A DNA stretch of 64,000 nucleotides from a virus, in the IMG/VR virus record IMGVR_UViG_3300025133_000030, positions 1 through 64,000 of that record; one strand, 5' to 3'. Below, one piece after another: positions 57,757 to 64,000 of this stretch. The first letter of the stretch is position 1; each line of letters opens with the position of its first letter. The notes under the pieces are model-generated. The model saw nothing but the letters and a program-made list of their open reading frames with translations, had not been told where the DNA came from and did no database searches. The translations under genes were made by a program, and so were the position numbers.

Positions 57757-57770
57757 ATAAAGGAAAAGAA

Positions 57771-59081
57771 ATGTTAAAGAATATCATTATTGTCTTGATA
57801 ACAACAGTTACGTATGCTATGGCAGAAGCGCCATTTGAATGCGACGATAACTTTGGTGAGTGCGGCACACCGGAGATGTCTGGCGGAGGAAACGCCGGCG
57901 GTGGGTCTATGCTCATCAATAATTCAGATTTAGGCGATACATATCAACGCGCCGACGATTATGACGACGACGGAGTTGAAGATCCGCATGACAACTGTCC
58001 GCGTCTGCGAAATCTTGATCAGTTTGATACAGACGGTGACGGAGTAGGAGATGCTTGCGATAATTGTATGCACTTGGCGAATGATGATCAATTTGATTCA
58101 GATTCAGACGACTTCGGAGATGCCTGTGATGTGGACATTGACGGCGACGGAAACAACAACGACGTAGACAGTTGCCCTCTTGTTCCAAATGGCTCTGATC
58201 CTGATTTAGACTCGGATGGGATCGGTGATGCCTGCGATGAAGACATCGACGGCGACGGCATTAACAACCTCGACGATAATTGCCCTATGATTCCCGGCGA
58301 AATCGTAGAGGCTCCGGATGATTCGACGGAGTGTTTTCCTGATGTCGACCGCGACGGATCACCGGACCCAACGGTGGATAACTGCATTGGAATTTACAAC
58401 CCTTTACAGTACGACGCTGACGCCGACGGACTGGGCACTCCATGCGATCCAGACGATGATGCAGACATGGTACCGGATAACATCGACAATTGCACAGGTG
58501 TATTTAATCCTCACCAGAGAGACCTCGACCGCGATGGTTTAGGAGACGACGGCTGTGATGATATATATTGCTTTGTGGTGTACGGCGATAAAGCAAACTG
58601 TCTAGACCCGGCAGCTCCGCTTCAGGCTTATTCGCCCTCGCTGATCGCATCAGTAGGTGAGCCTGTCCCTCTTCGTCTGTTCATGAATAGGACAAATCAG
58701 TCAACCAGATATCAGTGGACCTTGGTTTCTCGACCGCGCACTTCCGCTGCTGTAATAAGAAGCGGATCTGGTCACGTTAACACATCAGATCCTTATGAAT
58801 ATCAATACGACAACTCTCGTCCGATGATCACCCCTGACGTTAGTGGGGAGTATGTTATTAGGGTTGATGTCGTCACTGTCTTCGAGGACTCGGTCTCTCG
58901 CGAAATTCAAACCCGCGCTACTTTCACTAGCCGAGTGGAGGTTGCAGGATATCACATTCCGAAATTGCGTCACCAATCCGGATGTAATGTTAACGTCGCG
59001 ACCACTGACCACCCATGGGTTTTCTATTGTTTTATTTTGGTGGCTCTATTCAGAAAAAGATTGACACGAACAGGGAAATAG
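57771..59081 (+). CDS. Secreted thrombospondin type-3 repeat protein with a MYXO-CTERM-like tail
   Basis: Signal peptide, many DNCP / DxDxDGxGDAC repeats, a PKD/Ig-like domain and C-terminal SGC...hydrophobic helix...RKR. Confidence 0.8.
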   Translation: MLKNIIIVLITTVTYAMAEAPFECDDNFGECGTPEMSGGGNAGGGSMLINNSDLGDTYQRADDYDDDGVEDPHDNCPRLRNLDQFDTDGDGVGDACDNCMHLANDDQFDSDSDDFGDACDVDIDGDGNNNDVDSCPLVPNGSDPDLDSDGIGDACDEDIDGDGINNLDDNCPMIPGEIVEAPDDSTECFPDVDRDGSPDPTVDNCIGIYNPLQYDADADGLGTPCDPDDDADMVPDNIDNCTGVFNPHQRDLDRDGLGDDGCDDIYCFVVYGDKANCLDPAAPLQAYSPSLIASVGEPVPLRLFMNRTNQSTRYQWTLVSRPRTSAAVIRSGSGHVNTSDPYEYQYDNSRPMITPDVSGEYVIRVDVVTVFEDSVSREIQTRATFTSRVEVAGYHIPKLRHQSGCNVNVATTDHPWVFYCFILVALFRKRLTRTGK

Positions 59082-59089
59082 TGTAATAT
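59061..59089 (+). promoter_or_regulatory. Sigma70-type promoter TTGACA-17-TAATAT heading cassette array 1
   Basis: Followed by TAAGAACA, which also follows the array-2 promoter. Confidence 0.65.
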
Positions 59090-59131
59090 GTAAGAACAGT
59101 GGGAGCTTTTTGAAAGAACAGATGAAAATTG

Positions 59132-59347
59132 GTGATTAAAGTAGGAGATCTGGTTAGGTATACCAACCTTGCCTACCCGGATGAAGGTATCGGCCTCGTT
59201 TTGGAATACGAGAAGATCCCCAACAAACTTGAGTTTGAGTTTAAGGTCCGCTGGACAGATCATTCCAGTTCAAACCGAGACTGGTACAGGGAAGGTGAAC
59301 TGGAGTTGATCGTTGAACGTCGGAGATTTAGTAAGCTATCTGGATAG
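59132..59347 (+). CDS. Array mini-protein A1 (MIKVGDLVRY...ELELIVERRRFSKLSG)
   Basis: The junction stop is changed from TGA to AGA, giving a short read-through tail. Confidence 0.75.
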   Translation: MIKVGDLVRYTNLAYPDEGIGLVLEYEKIPNKLEFEFKVRWTDHSSSNRDWYREGELELIVERRRFSKLSG

Positions 59348-59498
59348 GTATTGCGGTATTGTGGTGGCTATCGATGAGCCCAACCCACACCACGCCTCCG
59401 CCGCCACAGGAGTTGTTGTCATTTGGGTAGATACCGGCTTCAGATCGTGGGAGTTCACGAATCAGTTGGAGGTAGTTAGTGAATATAAAAAAGGGTGA
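59313..59498 (+). CDS. Array mini-protein A2 (MNVGDLVSYLDRY...LEVVSEYKKG)
   Basis: ORF track; paralog of 63413-63589. Confidence 0.8.
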   Translation: MNVGDLVSYLDRYCGIVVAIDEPNPHHASAATGVVVIWVDTGFRSWEFTNQLEVVSEYKKG

Positions 59499-59670
59499 TC
59501 TAGTCACCAACAAGCTCCACATAGGCCTGCCGAAAACGCATGGCATCGTGACAAGAACTCCTGAGGAAACAAACAATGGAGACTACGAAGTATGGTATAC
59601 TACAGGCGTATATACAAGAAAAATATTTTGTGCACCGAGACAATTGGTGTTAATAAGTGAAAGTCGGTGA
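59479..59670 (+). CDS. Array mini-protein A3 (MNIKKGDLV...LISESR)
   Basis: GGAGGT RBS in the junction. Confidence 0.8.
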   Translation: MNIKKGDLVTNKLHIGLPKTHGIVTRTPEETNNGDYEVWYTTGVYTRKIFCAPRQLVLISESR

Positions 59671-59836
59671 TCTGATTGAGTGGAATCTTCATACGCTACG
59701 CCCACGCGGTATCATAATCGGCCTTAATGGGGATTTCGCGGAGCTTTTTTGGTTTCAAAACACGCGACTTTCCCTATCTGGTAAAATTTCATATGTTGGA
59801 AAACGAGAATTGAAGGTAATCAGTGAAAGTCGGTGA
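59657..59836 (+). CDS. Array mini-protein A4, 59 aa, not in the ORF track
   Basis: MKVGDLIEWNLHTLRPRGIIIGLNGDFAELFWFQNTRLSLSGKISYVGKRELKVISESR. Confidence 0.8.
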   Translation: MKVGDLIEWNLHTLRPRGIIIGLNGDFAELFWFQNTRLSLSGKISYVGKRELKVISESR

Positions 59837-60020
59837 CTTGATAGTGTATCGTAATGTTATGTACCCTTCCCGGCAACACTTAGAGCGTCCCGCAATCGTG
59901 GTCAAGCAGCGGGTCTCTCACATAAAGGGCAAGAAAAACTTCCGCATTTACTATCCATGCCACAATGAATGGTTAAATTGTTGGGAAGATGAATTTGAGG
60001 TCGTCAGTGAAAGTCGGTGA
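59823..60020 (+). CDS. Array mini-protein A5 (MKVGDLIVY...FEVVSESR)
   Basis: ORF track; 14-nt overlaps at both ends. Confidence 0.8.
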   Translation: MKVGDLIVYRNVMYPSRQHLERPAIVVKQRVSHIKGKKNFRIYYPCHNEWLNCWEDEFEVVSESR

Positions 60021-60231
60021 TTTGGTGAAGTACACTCCGTTTCCGCACGAAGAGCTTCATAAATCTGGAATGACAGGTCTGGTTACATCTGAGCCTTATG
60101 TTGACAGAGGCATTGGGGACATGCATTTAATTGACATCATGTGGACAAGGGATCGAGGTACGGGATATCCCGCAGGATGCATATGTCAGGAATACGTGGA
60201 TGAGCTGGAGGTAGTAAATGAGTCTAAATAG
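60007..60231 (+). CDS. Array mini-protein A6 (MKVGDLVKY...LEVVNESK)
   Basis: GTG start in the junction, after GAGGT. Confidence 0.8.
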   Translation: MKVGDLVKYTPFPHEELHKSGMTGLVTSEPYVDRGIGDMHLIDIMWTRDRGTGYPAGCICQEYVDELEVVNESK

Positions 60232-60394
60232 AGGTGATCGAGTAGTGATCACAAATAAGAACAACATCGAAGCGGAAGTCATTGGCTTTTATACTCATTC
60301 ACAGGATGCAAGAGTAAGAACAATTGCTGGCCATGAGTGGATTATTAGTCCCATTTTTCTTGAAAAAGTTGTTGACAGCAGCAAGAAAAAGTGA
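60218..60394 (+). CDS. Array mini-protein A7, 58 aa, not in the ORF track
   Basis: MSLNRGDRVVITNKNNIEAEVIGFYTHSQDARVRTIAGHEWIISPIFLEKVVDSSKKK; GGAGGT RBS. Confidence 0.75.
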   Translation: MSLNRGDRVVITNKNNIEAEVIGFYTHSQDARVRTIAGHEWIISPIFLEKVVDSSKKK

Positions 60395-60400
60395 TAATAT
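60372..60400 (+). promoter_or_regulatory. Sigma70-type promoter TTGACA-17-TAATAT
   Basis: Upstream of the 60430 ORF. Confidence 0.6.
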
Positions 60401-60429
60401 ATAAATATACAGAATGAGGAAAACTCAGA

Positions 60430-61191
60430 ATGGATATTGGCAGACACTTTGACACAAAAGCTACTTGGAAAGGTTACCAGAATGTTAAGGGTAAGAAAAC
60501 TCGCGTCCAATACTTGGGCAACGTAGCCAAGGTTGGCAATGATATTGTTGATAATAGAGATGGCAACTTGTTCAGAGACTACAGTGTTCAATTCGGCGGT
60601 CACTTCAATGACAAGTCTGGTTCAAGACTAATAACTATTGAAGAGGCGGTAGAGGCAGTTTGTTTTGGCATTGAGCTACGCTCAGATAGATACGGAAAGG
60701 AAAGATATCAGTATCTTCGCAATGATTTATTGGTAGCAGGAAAGAAGCTAAGCTCGAAAGATTTTGAGATTATCTCAGCTTATAATATTAAGCCAGCTTT
60801 TAAACGTGACTTTCTTGGGAACCTGCGTTATCTTAAGGAAGAAATGTTAGCCGCTGGTGCTTACGGGTTCAATGCTTGCGTCATGGACTACAATATGGCA
60901 ACGGCAAGATTGATTCTCAAAGAGGGTGACATCGATGATGCGGTTGTTTGGCGTCTTGGAGATGATCCCACCCGCCGCCGTTCAAGCTTGAGACAATACC
61001 TTATGAGCATTGCGGTGACTAACAAGGGCAAGATCAGCTTAGAACAATTCAAAGTTCTTGAGAATTGGGGATTGGTTGTAGCTGATGGTGTTCACACAAC
61101 CAAATACAAAGATGGAGAAAAACATCTCATAACTTATAATATGTCGAGGTTTTCAGGCAACGCACACGAGTGGGCAAAAGAGAGAACGTAA
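60430..61191 (+). CDS. Hypothetical protein (253 aa)
   Basis: GAGGA RBS; no motif recognised. Confidence 0.7.
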   Translation: MDIGRHFDTKATWKGYQNVKGKKTRVQYLGNVAKVGNDIVDNRDGNLFRDYSVQFGGHFNDKSGSRLITIEEAVEAVCFGIELRSDRYGKERYQYLRNDLLVAGKKLSSKDFEIISAYNIKPAFKRDFLGNLRYLKEEMLAAGAYGFNACVMDYNMATARLILKEGDIDDAVVWRLGDDPTRRRSSLRQYLMSIAVTNKGKISLEQFKVLENWGLVVADGVHTTKYKDGEKHLITYNMSRFSGNAHEWAKERT

Positions 61192-61246
61192 CTCTTTCAG
61201 TTATAGAAAGTAGTCTGGCACATGCCGGGACTGAAAGGAGTTAAAA

Positions 61247-61354
61247 ATGGTTCACATCGAAGTTTATTGCATGAGCAATGGCAATGGTGGTTGGCCTTCC
61301 ACAACTGGTAACCCCAGTGGTGGCGGACGTGACAACAATCCACCAAATAAATAA
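61247..61354 (+). CDS. 35-aa Gly/Asn/Pro-rich peptide, not in the ORF track
   Basis: MVHIEVYCMSNGNGGWPSTTGNPSGGGRDNNPPNK with a strong AAGGAG RBS 6 nt upstream. Confidence 0.6.
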   Translation: MVHIEVYCMSNGNGGWPSTTGNPSGGGRDNNPPNK

Positions 61355-61362
61355 AAAACTAT

Positions 61363-61491
61363 AGGCATGTGCAATGCCTTCCCGTGCACAGGGAGAATCA
61401 AGGGGCTACGTAGCTTTGGAAGCACTGGTGAGTTTACCCCGTCACTTCGGTGACGGGCAGGGGTTCTCACTGAAACAAAAAAAACCCCTTG
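61363..61491 (+). ncRNA. Candidate multi-hairpin structured RNA immediately 5' of tRNA-Lys
   Basis: Hairpins AGGCAT/ATGCCT, TCCC/GGGA and CCCGTCAC-TTCG-GTGACGGG; long-range pairs CAAGGGG/CCCCTTG and GTGAG/CTCAC. Confidence 0.5.
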
Positions 61492-61494
61492 TAT

Positions 61495-61567
61495 GGAGCA
61501 TTGGCGCAATTGGTAGCGCATCGGACTTTTAATCCGCTGGTTCCGAGTTCGAGTCTCGGATGCTCCA
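61495..61567 (+). tRNA. tRNA-Lys(TTT)
   Basis: Acceptor GGAGCAT/ATGCTCC, anticodon loop CTTTTAA and T arm CCGAG-TTCGAGT-CTCGG. Confidence 0.93.
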
Positions 61568-61577
61568 CTAAGATTGG

Positions 61578-61922
61578 ATGGGAGATATGGGATACAGATC
61601 AGAAGTAGCTATAGCCTTGACGGATCATGCAGTGAGGTTGCTTAACGCAATCATGGAACATGAGCCTGAAGTTCGTAAACTTGTTGGTGATGGCCAACAA
61701 ACTATCAACACGAGCGAAGAAGACAGAGGTGGTAAACTCTACTGGGATTATATCAAATGGTACGATGATTTCCAAGAGATCTCAATGGTCGAACGACTAT
61801 TGGAGCACATCCCAGATGAAGACTTCCACTTTATCAGAATTGGTGAGGATTCGACTGATATCGAGGAGCGTGGTGGCTTCTACGCCAGCGACATGCATGT
61901 GCAGAGGTCAATATCGTGGTAG
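61578..61922 (+). CDS. Phage hypothetical protein (MGYRS...KWY...FIRIGED pattern)
   Basis: 114 aa ORF with a motif pattern I associate with phage hypothetical proteins. Confidence 0.7.
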   Translation: MGDMGYRSEVAIALTDHAVRLLNAIMEHEPEVRKLVGDGQQTINTSEEDRGGKLYWDYIKWYDDFQEISMVERLLEHIPDEDFHFIRIGEDSTDIEERGGFYASDMHVQRSISW

Positions 61923-62191
61923 CAATAACATTGGGTGCTCTTGTCAAGTCCGGTAAAGATGGCGCACTGGGCACAGTCACAAAGGTGACTAGGTTGGAGA
62001 TTCCAGACGAAGGTGGCCAAGAGCTTATGCCCCATCAGGATGCATACCGAATCCGCACCGGTGATGTAGTCTCTGTCAGGTGGCAGAGCGACCCGACTAA
62101 GCAGACCACACACGTATTCTACGATGGTCAGGCCGAATCCTTCGTTGATATGTCAGACACTCACATGAACATCACGATTGTAGAACGGTGA
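61916..62191 (+). CDS. SH3-like small protein (ITLGALV)
   Basis: GALV...GTVTKV...SVRW. Confidence 0.6.
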   Translation: MVAITLGALVKSGKDGALGTVTKVTRLEIPDEGGQELMPHQDAYRIRTGDVVSVRWQSDPTKQTTHVFYDGQAESFVDMSDTHMNITIVER

Positions 62192-62358
62192 AGCCCGGTG
62201 ATTTAGTGAGGTATAAGCCTAGCTTATTTAGCTCAAACCCAACTAAAATCTATATAGTGCGAAGAGTCGAGCCATCCAACGATTGGACTTTTGTTCACGG
62301 TTCCTCGCCTGTACCGATCCAAATGAGCCTTTTAGAAGTGGTTAGTGAGAAACCCTAA
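62188..62358 (+). CDS. Array-type mini-protein, 56 aa, not in the ORF track
   Basis: MKPGDLVRYKPSLFSSNPTKIYIVRRVEPSNDWTFVHGSSPVPIQMSLLEVVSEKP. Confidence 0.75.
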   Translation: MKPGDLVRYKPSLFSSNPTKIYIVRRVEPSNDWTFVHGSSPVPIQMSLLEVVSEKP

Positions 62359-62594
62359 TGTGGTCAAATAACAGTACAAACTATCAAGACCCGCCTATAC
62401 CTAAAATTGGAGAAGCAGTCCACCACATTGGATATAACCCTGAATTTTATTATGGTCTTGGCCTTGTTCAATCAGTAACTAGGAGAGACGCATTCGGACG
62501 CCCGTCTCGCGTCAAGGTTTTGTGGTCAAAATGTAAAACCAACGGTGACATTGACATCCGACAACTTAGACTTGCACATTCAGAAAATACTTGA
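62358..62594 (+). CDS. SH3-like small protein (PKIGEAV)
   Basis: GLGLV...VKVLW...QLRL; TAATG overlap. Confidence 0.6.
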   Translation: MWSNNSTNYQDPPIPKIGEAVHHIGYNPEFYYGLGLVQSVTRRDAFGRPSRVKVLWSKCKTNGDIDIRQLRLAHSENT

Positions 62595-62619
62595 CTTTTG
62601 TTAAGTTATTTGATATTAT
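62591..62619 (+). promoter_or_regulatory. Sigma70-type promoter TTGACT-17-TATTAT heading cassette array 2
   Basis: Extended -10 TG; followed by TAAGAACA. Confidence 0.65.
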
Positions 62620-62643
62620 ATAAGAACAATAAAGGTAAAGAGT

Positions 62644-62862
62644 TTGCAAGTGGAATTGAAAGCTGGAGATATGGTGTACTTCGAGCCACACCTTGCACTT
62701 GGCGTCTTGATAGAGAAAAGAGGCGACGACTGGGTTTACTCTCTGAGGTCTCCTCCGCGCAACGATGTTGAGCATTTTATGATTAAGACTGACCAGCATG
62801 CTGAAACAGCGTTCATCGCGGATATAGAAAGTGGAAGACTCAAATACTATGCGAGTCGGTGA
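62644..62862 (+). CDS. Array mini-protein B1 (..LKAGDMVYF...YYASR)
   Basis: First gene after the promoter; its stop lies in the next gene's GGT-GAT codons. Confidence 0.7.
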   Translation: MQVELKAGDMVYFEPHLALGVLIEKRGDDWVYSLRSPPRNDVEHFMIKTDQHAETAFIADIESGRLKYYASR

Positions 62863-63061
62863 TCTGATTGAGTGCAACAACGACCATCGAGCAATAATCA
62901 TGGGCATGCAGATGCTTTATCCGGGCCACCCTCAGTCTCCGGTGCGGAATTATGAGGTATTGTGGCTTAATGAAGCGCCAAAGCACTCGCGAAAGTTTGG
63001 ACAATTTTACATTCTTAGTGCTTTTGCAGTAAAGAGAGTTATTAGTCGTGCAAGTCGGTGA
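62849..63061 (+). CDS. Array mini-protein B2 (MRVGDLIEC...VISRASR)
   Basis: ATG start in a junction variant. Confidence 0.8.
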   Translation: MRVGDLIECNNDHRAIIMGMQMLYPGHPQSPVRNYEVLWLNEAPKHSRKFGQFYILSAFAVKRVISRASR

Positions 63062-63260
63062 TTTAGTGAGGAAGCGTTTCGGGCGCATCGACCCATACCA
63101 ACAGAGTACAGCAGGCGTCATCGTCGGCAAGGAAGTCGAAACTCGGGGTTCAAACCCCATGCTCTGTGGTCAATGGCTTGTCGTTTATTATCCCGGCTCT
63201 GGCCATCGAGCCTATAGATACAGGCCATCGGAATTTGAGGTAATCAGTGAAAGTCGGTGA
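63048..63260 (+). CDS. Array mini-protein B3 (MQVGDLVRK...FEVISESR)
   Basis: ORF track. Confidence 0.8.
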   Translation: MQVGDLVRKRFGRIDPYQQSTAGVIVGKEVETRGSNPMLCGQWLVVYYPGSGHRAYRYRPSEFEVISESR

Positions 63261-63426
63261 TTTGGTTCAGTGGTACACTGAGTACGCAGACACCACCGTG
63301 GTAGATGTTGGTTTCGTCACGCTCAGCGCGATTAATCATGTCTTTATCGTGTGGCAAACTGGTGATGGAAACGGCTGGTTCTGCCCGGGCCATCCAAGCA
63401 TAGGAGTTATCAGTGAAAGTCGGTGA
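63247..63426 (+). CDS. Array mini-protein B4, 59 aa, not in the ORF track
   Basis: MKVGDLVQWYTEYADTTVVDVGFVTLSAINHVFIVWQTGDGNGWFCPGHPSIGVISESR. Confidence 0.8.
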   Translation: MKVGDLVQWYTEYADTTVVDVGFVTLSAINHVFIVWQTGDGNGWFCPGHPSIGVISESR

Positions 63427-63589
63427 CTTGGTGTGTTATCTGGATAGGTACTACGGTATCGTCACAGAGTGTGGCATGTACTTTGAATACGGTGATAACG
63501 TCGCAGGTGTCGAAGTTGTCTGGATGGATTCTGGATTCAAATCGTGGGAGTTTGGGAGCTTGCTGGAGGTCATCAGTGAAAATCGGTGA
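63413..63589 (+). CDS. Array mini-protein B5, 58 aa, not in the ORF track
   Basis: MKVGDLVCYLDRYYGIVTECGMYFEYGDNVAGVEVVWMDSGFKSWEFGSLLEVISENR. Confidence 0.8.
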   Translation: MKVGDLVCYLDRYYGIVTECGMYFEYGDNVAGVEVVWMDSGFKSWEFGSLLEVISENR

Positions 63590-63797
63590 CTTAATTAAGT
63601 ATCGAGGACTGGAAGAGGATGGACATTACCCATACAAAGCAATTGGCCTCTGTCTAAGGAAGCAGACCGATCCACACTACCCTGATCACGGCATGAGAAT
63701 GTTAGTTATGTGGTTTGATGACATGGAATCCACCCACGAAGACCTCGATGTTTGTGAAAAAGACGACTGGATGGAAGTAATCAGTGAAAGTCGGTGA
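63576..63797 (+). CDS. Array mini-protein B6 (MKIGDLIKY...MEVISESR)
   Basis: The true start is the junction GTG after GGAGGT; the track's 63423 start is an artefactual extension. Confidence 0.8.
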   Translation: MKIGDLIKYRGLEEDGHYPYKAIGLCLRKQTDPHYPDHGMRMLVMWFDDMESTHEDLDVCEKDDWMEVISESR

Positions 63798-63984
63798 TTT
63801 GGTGAGGTTTAGATTCTCTTCTGATGAAGCGGGAAATCCGTCTTTGGTGGGTTTAATTGTAGATGTAGATACATTTCTTTATTTGGACAAAGCATATGTC
63901 AAGTGGAATCCGACACAGTTGGGTACGAACAAACTTCTGTGGGAAAACGTCGAAGAATTGGAGGTTATCAGTGAAAGTCGGTGA
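63784..63984 (+). CDS. Array mini-protein B7 (MKVGDLVRF...LEVISESR)
   Basis: ORF track. Confidence 0.8.
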   Translation: MKVGDLVRFRFSSDEAGNPSLVGLIVDVDTFLYLDKAYVKWNPTQLGTNKLLWENVEELEVISESR

Positions 63985-64000
63985 TTTGGTTGAAACATAC
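63971..64000 (+). CDS. Array mini-protein B8, truncated by the window end (MKVGDLVETY...)
   Basis: Perfect junction at 63961-63990. Confidence 0.7.
   Translation, partial: MKVGDLVETY

Larger units (their letters stand above)
59132..60394 (+). repeat. Mini-gene cassette array 1: seven SH3/KOW-like ORFs joined by dual-coding junction repeats
   Basis: Starts at 59132, 59313, 59479, 59657, 59823, 60007 and 60218. Exact GTGAAAGTCGGTGA at 59657, 59823 and 60007. Confidence 0.9.
62644..64000 (+). repeat. Mini-gene cassette array 2 (at least eight ORFs, runs off the window end)
   Basis: Junction starts at 62849, 63048, 63247, 63413, 63576, 63784 and 63971. Exact GTGAAAGTCGGTGA at 63247, 63413, 63784 and 63971. 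Confidence 0.92.

Noticed and set aside
63423-63797. 124-aa ORF in the provided track (also the 59989 and 62831 starts)
   Set aside because: These are N-terminal extensions over the previous cassette. The real starts are the junction codons at 63576, 60007 and 62849.
59640-64000. CRISPR array interpretation of the recurring ~30-bp repeat
   Set aside because: The intervening segments are about 130-180 nt, variable in length, and each is an intact ORF in register with the repeat. The repeats are degenerate and there are no cas genes.
59132-64000. Classical integron or diversity-generating retroelement
   Set aside because: No integrase or attC-type long palindromes with GTTRRRY ends, no reverse transcriptase, and no template/variable repeat pair differing at adenines in this window.
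59132-64000. TGA recoding or read-through making the array one polyprotein
   Set aside because: Successive ORFs are in different frames, and TGA is used as a normal stop elsewhere (for example groEL at 38320-38322).

Overview
The whole window is a densely coding, single-strand (+) segment of a large lytic myovirus-type (probably jumbo) bacteriophage, not a cellular genome. In order it holds: (1) 1-13.1 kb, a contractile tail and baseplate module (sheath, tube, hub/chaperone, tape measure, LysM wedge, hub); (2) 13.1-32.5 kb, replication, recombination and nucleotide metabolism (short PolA-like protein, tubulin-like protein, gp32-like SSB, RecA/UvsX, 5'-3' exonuclease, DnaB, class II RNR, ThyX, DnaE, dUTPase, IMPDH/GMPR); (3) 32.5-44 kb, ClpP, GroEL, glutaredoxin and probable virion proteins; (4) 44-64 kb, an accessory or early region with six tRNAs that all read A-ending codons, lysis enzymes, a MoxR/vWA pair, myxobacterial-type surface proteins and two candidate structured RNAs. 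The most striking feature is at 59.1-60.4 kb and from 62.6 kb past the window end: arrays of about 56-74 aa SH3/KOW-like mini-genes joined by a conserved dual-coding junction of about 30 bp (GAGGTnATCAGTGAAAGTCGGTGAyTTGGT). The junction supplies the end and stop codon of one gene plus the ribosome-binding site and start of the next, while the cassette interiors are mostly unrelated. This looks like a modular, possibly shufflable gene-cassette system. All product calls come from motifs recognised by eye; no searches were run.
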